NCBI GenBank assembly: GCA_963678315.1
Contig: OY782781.1
Location: 2,784,001 to 2,848,000 of the forward strand
Direction of reading: 5' to 3'
DNA: 64,000 nucleotides
Source of the DNA: Candidatus Cloacimonadales bacterium
GTDB lineage: Bacteria > Cloacimonadota > Cloacimonadia > Cloacimonadales > JAFGVF01
Part shown: piece after piece, positions 60,738 to 64,000 of the stretch
Position numbering within the stretch: the first letter of the stretch is position 1
How the letters are laid out: every line of letters begins with the position of its first letter
Translations under genes and position numbers: made by a program
Notes under the pieces: model-generated
Databases searched by the model: none
The model's input: the letters and a program-made list of their open reading frames with translations, nothing else
Told to the model about the DNA's origin: nothing

Positions 60738-62795
60738 TTAGTATTTAACTATCTTTGAGATATAAGAATTAGTTGAAGATTTTACTTTAAGAAAATATAT
60801 TCCAGATGGAATTGCTAAATTACTTTTGTTATCTAAGTTAATTTTAGCGATTCCATCTTTATTATTTAGAAAATAATCTTTGAGCTTCTGTCCTTTAATA
60901 TTATACAATGAAGCCTTCTCAATGTTACCTTTTTTTAGAGATAGCTTTATCTCATTATTAAAAGGATTAGGGTAGATAGAAAGATTATCAATTAATTCAA
61001 TTACTTCATTTGATTGATTAGGAACATCATCTGTGAAGTCACTAATAATCTTTACACCCTCACTTGTTGCAAGTAGTACTGTCGGAGTATCCAGTAAAAA
61101 GTTATGAGATAGGCTTAGCATAGAAAGATTTTCCAAGCCATTATTGAGATAAACAAGATTATTATTATAGTAAGCAGCCACCTTGTTAAAGTATTCAGGG
61201 ACTGCTGTTGGCTTCCAAATTATAAAGATAACTCCTTGAGCATCAGATTCTATGTCTGCCAAATTATCAGTAGGAAAATCATAGTTCCAGTTAATCCCAT
61301 TATCTTCACTTGAGTATAAGCCTTGGTCCTCTCCCTCATTCTTAATACCATAGAACTTTCCATCTTGGTAGTTGTATTCAAGTTTATTAAGCTTCTTATC
61401 TGATGCTTTTCTCCAACCTAACTTAGAATAGAAATAAAGATTTGATTGGATACCACTATACTCTTCACTAGCTGTAAAATAGCCATTACCATCATAGCGC
61501 CATGCTACAGCTTCACCTTGAGGTTCTATCACATAAGGGACTTGGATTCTTTGACCATTTAAAGTGTTCAATATAGAATCTTCACTTCTCTCCCACATAA
61601 ATACATTCTGATAGGTCTTGATTAAGATAAAATTACCATCTGGAGAAATATCTCCACCAGTGGCACCGTAACCATAAAGCACATCAGCAGGAATTTCAAA
61701 AGTTCCTTCATAAGTTGCGGTTACAAGCTGGTCATTATAGGTATAAGGAACTGAAAATAGCCTCTCGAAGTTATCATCATTAGACCCGTTGCGCTTTGTT
61801 ACAATGTAGAAAGTGCTAGTACGTTGGTCGAATATGAGAGTTTCTGAATCGTAAAATTCATTATTAGGATACTCAAAGTTAATAGTCCGACCTTCTTGAA
61901 TAAGCTCTGTAACAGGCTGTTGAGAAGGTGAAACACTTGCTTCTGGGACAACATAAATTTGCTTTATAGGATTGCTAAGTCCATTATCCCCCATGTCAGC
62001 TAGATAGATTTCAGGGCTATTGCTTTGTGGGTTCTTGCCAATAGCAATATCTTCCCAATCCCGATTGCTTATAGCAGGAATAGTGTAAACTCCTAAGTGC
62101 TGACCAAGTTCATTCATGGCATAAAGATGATTTCCACCTCCGGAATCATTCATGGTCCATAAAACGCCAGGATTAGACCTGCTTGCAACTAGACCAGAAA
62201 TCTCAGTTAGTTCATTATGTTCAACCTGACCGAAATTCTGTCTGCTAGCAAACAAAGCATCATCATCTTCACTATTCTTATGATAGATGCCATCAGTAGT
62301 TGCCACTAACTGGAAATCGTCACTGTCTTCAAAAGCAGTAGACTTCTTACGATTAAATTCATTCACTGTTTGAAAAGAAGAATTGTTGTAGACATTCAGC
62401 CCATATTCATAACCTACATAAAGATTGCCGTCCACGCTTGAGCTTTCTAAAAAGTTAGGATTGAAAAACCAATCAACTATCTCTAGACTCTCTGTCTCTA
62501 AATTAGCAATATAGACTCCGTCACTCCATGACCCCGCCCCCAATGTAGCATAAACTTCATTATTATAGACAGCTACATCATTACAAGGTAAATCACCTGA
62601 AGTGTAGAGTCCAACTTCATCAAAATAGTTATACTCAGCAAGACCCTGGTCAGTAGCCATAAATATATTATTGGAAGAATTATCCATAAGCATATCGTAG
62701 ACATGGTATTCAGTATCCCAATAGCTGGTCCATTCATACGAGTAACAAGATCCAAACAGCATAAACAGTATTATTAACATGACAACTCTTTTCAT
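60738..62795 (-). CDS. secreted beta-propeller-like protein with a T9SS type A-like sorting domain
   Basis: Signal peptide; EISGL...NDSG...DWEDI...QGEAV domain; SEDNGINW BNR-like motif; C-terminal IYPNPFN...YNIKGQ...SGIYFLK. Confidence 0.75.
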   Translation of the reverse strand: MKRVVMLIILFMLFGSCYSYEWTSYWDTEYHVYDMLMDNSSNNIFMATDQGLAEYNYFDEVGLYTSGDLPCNDVAVYNNEVYATLGAGSWSDGVYIANLETESLEIVDWFFNPNFLESSSVDGNLYVGYEYGLNVYNNSSFQTVNEFNRKKSTAFEDSDDFQLVATTDGIYHKNSEDDDALFASRQNFGQVEHNELTEISGLVASRSNPGVLWTMNDSGGGNHLYAMNELGQHLGVYTIPAISNRDWEDIAIGKNPQSNSPEIYLADMGDNGLSNPIKQIYVVPEASVSPSQQPVTELIQEGRTINFEYPNNEFYDSETLIFDQRTSTFYIVTKRNGSNDDNFERLFSVPYTYNDQLVTATYEGTFEIPADVLYGYGATGGDISPDGNFILIKTYQNVFMWERSEDSILNTLNGQRIQVPYVIEPQGEAVAWRYDGNGYFTASEEYSGIQSNLYFYSKLGWRKASDKKLNKLEYNYQDGKFYGIKNEGEDQGLYSSEDNGINWNYDFPTDNLADIESDAQGVIFIIWKPTAVPEYFNKVAAYYNNNLVYLNNGLENLSMLSLSHNFLLDTPTVLLATSEGVKIISDFTDDVPNQSNEVIELIDNLSIYPNPFNNEIKLSLKKGNIEKASLYNIKGQKLKDYFLNNKDGIAKINLDNKSNLAIPSGIYFLKVKSSTNSYISKIVKY

Positions 62796-62909
62796 TATAT
62801 ACTCCTACTAAGAATTTAATCATAATTTGACAGCTAGCAAATACATTGCCTTCTATTAGACAATATAATTATGTTTTATCTGACAGTCAATAAATCAATA
62901 TTAAAAATG

Positions 62910-62943
62910 AAAAGAGAGACCTAATAAATATCAGGACTCTCTT
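62910..62943 (-). terminator. intrinsic terminator
   Basis: AAGAGAGTCCTGAT...ATTAGGTCTCTCTTTT on the minus strand. Confidence 0.6.
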
Positions 62944-62965
62944 GTGTTATATAAAACAAGTTGAT

Positions 62966-64000
62966 TTATAGCTTATAATAACCCATATTAGAAACTACAT
63001 CAACATCTTCTTCTATATCTTCCTCTTTCTCTAGTGAAGTATTAATAACCTCACCTTTATTGATGTTAAGCTTCATTTGTACTAAACCGAATAGTTCTTC
63101 TTTCACTTCAATATCAGCGAAGTTATCAATTTTATTAATCTTTTCAACAAAGGTATCAGGATTGATATCATCAGCAAAGATTAGATCACCGTTGTTAACG
63201 ATATAATAAGCGTTAGGAGCATACTGAAGTTCCAATTGAGTAATAGTTCTATCTCCACTATTAACAAGTAACTTTCCTTCAAAACTAGTGATTTCAATAT
63301 CCTCATTCACTTTTGCTATTAAAGAATCAAGAATATGTTTTGGAACATAAATTCTTTTAGCAGCTAATATTGCTTCAATACCATTATCAATATCTGCAGG
63401 TTCAACTTCAGGATTAATGATGATGCAAGACCTACTGAAAAGTCTCTCAGCCTTATAACGCTTCAAGGTAACTGTATCAATTTCTTGCCATGCTTTAAGT
63501 ATCAAACAATTATCAGGTATTATGGTAATTCTACCTTTGATACCATCTTTTGCTTTAGTCTCAAACATAGCTTGATAAGATTCACGTAGTCTAGCAACTC
63601 CCATTAATTCAATCTTATTAATCTTTTTATTGAAGAGATCAACATCAATATCATTGATAATTGAAACTACTCCCATAACGTCTAGATTGCTATTGTCCTC
63701 CAATGAGTTTAGCCATTGATTAGTAATATCTTTCTTACCTTGAATTCTAACCTTATTCTTCTCTATTTCACGAACCATTCCTGCATTCTTAACAACTTTA
63801 GTTTTAAGGTAACCAATAAGTTCTTTTGGACATTCTATAATTCCAACATTGTAGAGTCCACCAATCTTATCTTTGATTAATTCTGGAGTAACGTCTTCTG
63901 TAACAGTAAGAATACCTACAACCATCTTTTTTAGTGGTTTATCAAGAACTTCCAAAGAGTTCTTAGTAATCTCTATATTACCAATTTCTATTTCATAATC
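62966..64000 (-). CDS. hypothetical protein with internal repeats (5' end beyond the window)
   Basis: Frame stays open from 63955 to the window edge; four loosely repeated units. Confidence 0.65.
   Translation of the reverse strand, partial: DYEIEIGNIEITKNSLEVLDKPLKKMVVGILTVTEDVTPELIKDKIGGLYNVGIIECPKELIGYLKTKVVKNAGMVREIEKNKVRIQGKKDITNQWLNSLEDNSNLDVMGVVSIINDIDVDLFNKKINKIELMGVARLRESYQAMFETKAKDGIKGRITIIPDNCLILKAWQEIDTVTLKRYKAERLFSRSCIIINPEVEPADIDNGIEAILAAKRIYVPKHILDSLIAKVNEDIEITSFEGKLLVNSGDRTITQLELQYAPNAYYIVNNGDLIFADDINPDTFVEKINKIDNFADIEVKEELFGLVQMKLNINKGEVINTSLEKEEDIEEDVDVVSNMGYYKL

Noticed and set aside
62837..62852. Possible sigma-54 promoter AGGCAA-N5-TTGCT on the minus strand
   Set aside because: Weaker match, and a good sigma-70 promoter (TTGACT-17-TATATT, ~62890-62862) is adjacent.

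Overview
AT-rich bacterial chromosome segment, most likely Candidatus Cloacimonadota. That assignment is inferred from the 16S sequence and from three secreted proteins with YPNP...YNIxGQK-type C-terminal sorting domains, and it was not checked against a database. The window holds a complete minus-strand rRNA operon (16S, tRNA-Ile, tRNA-Ala, 23S, 5S), a long RNA-metabolism operon (rimP-nusA-ylxR-L7Ae-infB-rbfA-DHH-truB-ribF-secreted protein-yhaM-MBL-miaB), housekeeping and metabolic genes, and two-component genes. The standout feature is a ~316-nt intervening sequence in helix 45 of the 23S rRNA. It is bounded by a 27-bp inverted repeat and encodes an 85-aa GIY-YIG nuclease with its own Shine-Dalgarno site. 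Other notable items: a fluoride riboswitch with terminator upstream of a cation:proton antiporter; a 181-nt rod-shaped 6S-sized RNA candidate; a candidate GU-rich sRNA; a sigma-54 promoter with three phased enhancer boxes upstream of a PDZ/beta-barrel gene next to an NtrY/NtrX-like pair; mosaic REP/BIME-like intergenic repeats showing covariation; a near-identical 63-bp promoter in front of two diverged lipoprotein paralogues; and an alanine racemase with a ~250-aa C-terminal extension. No CRISPR array or transposase was seen.
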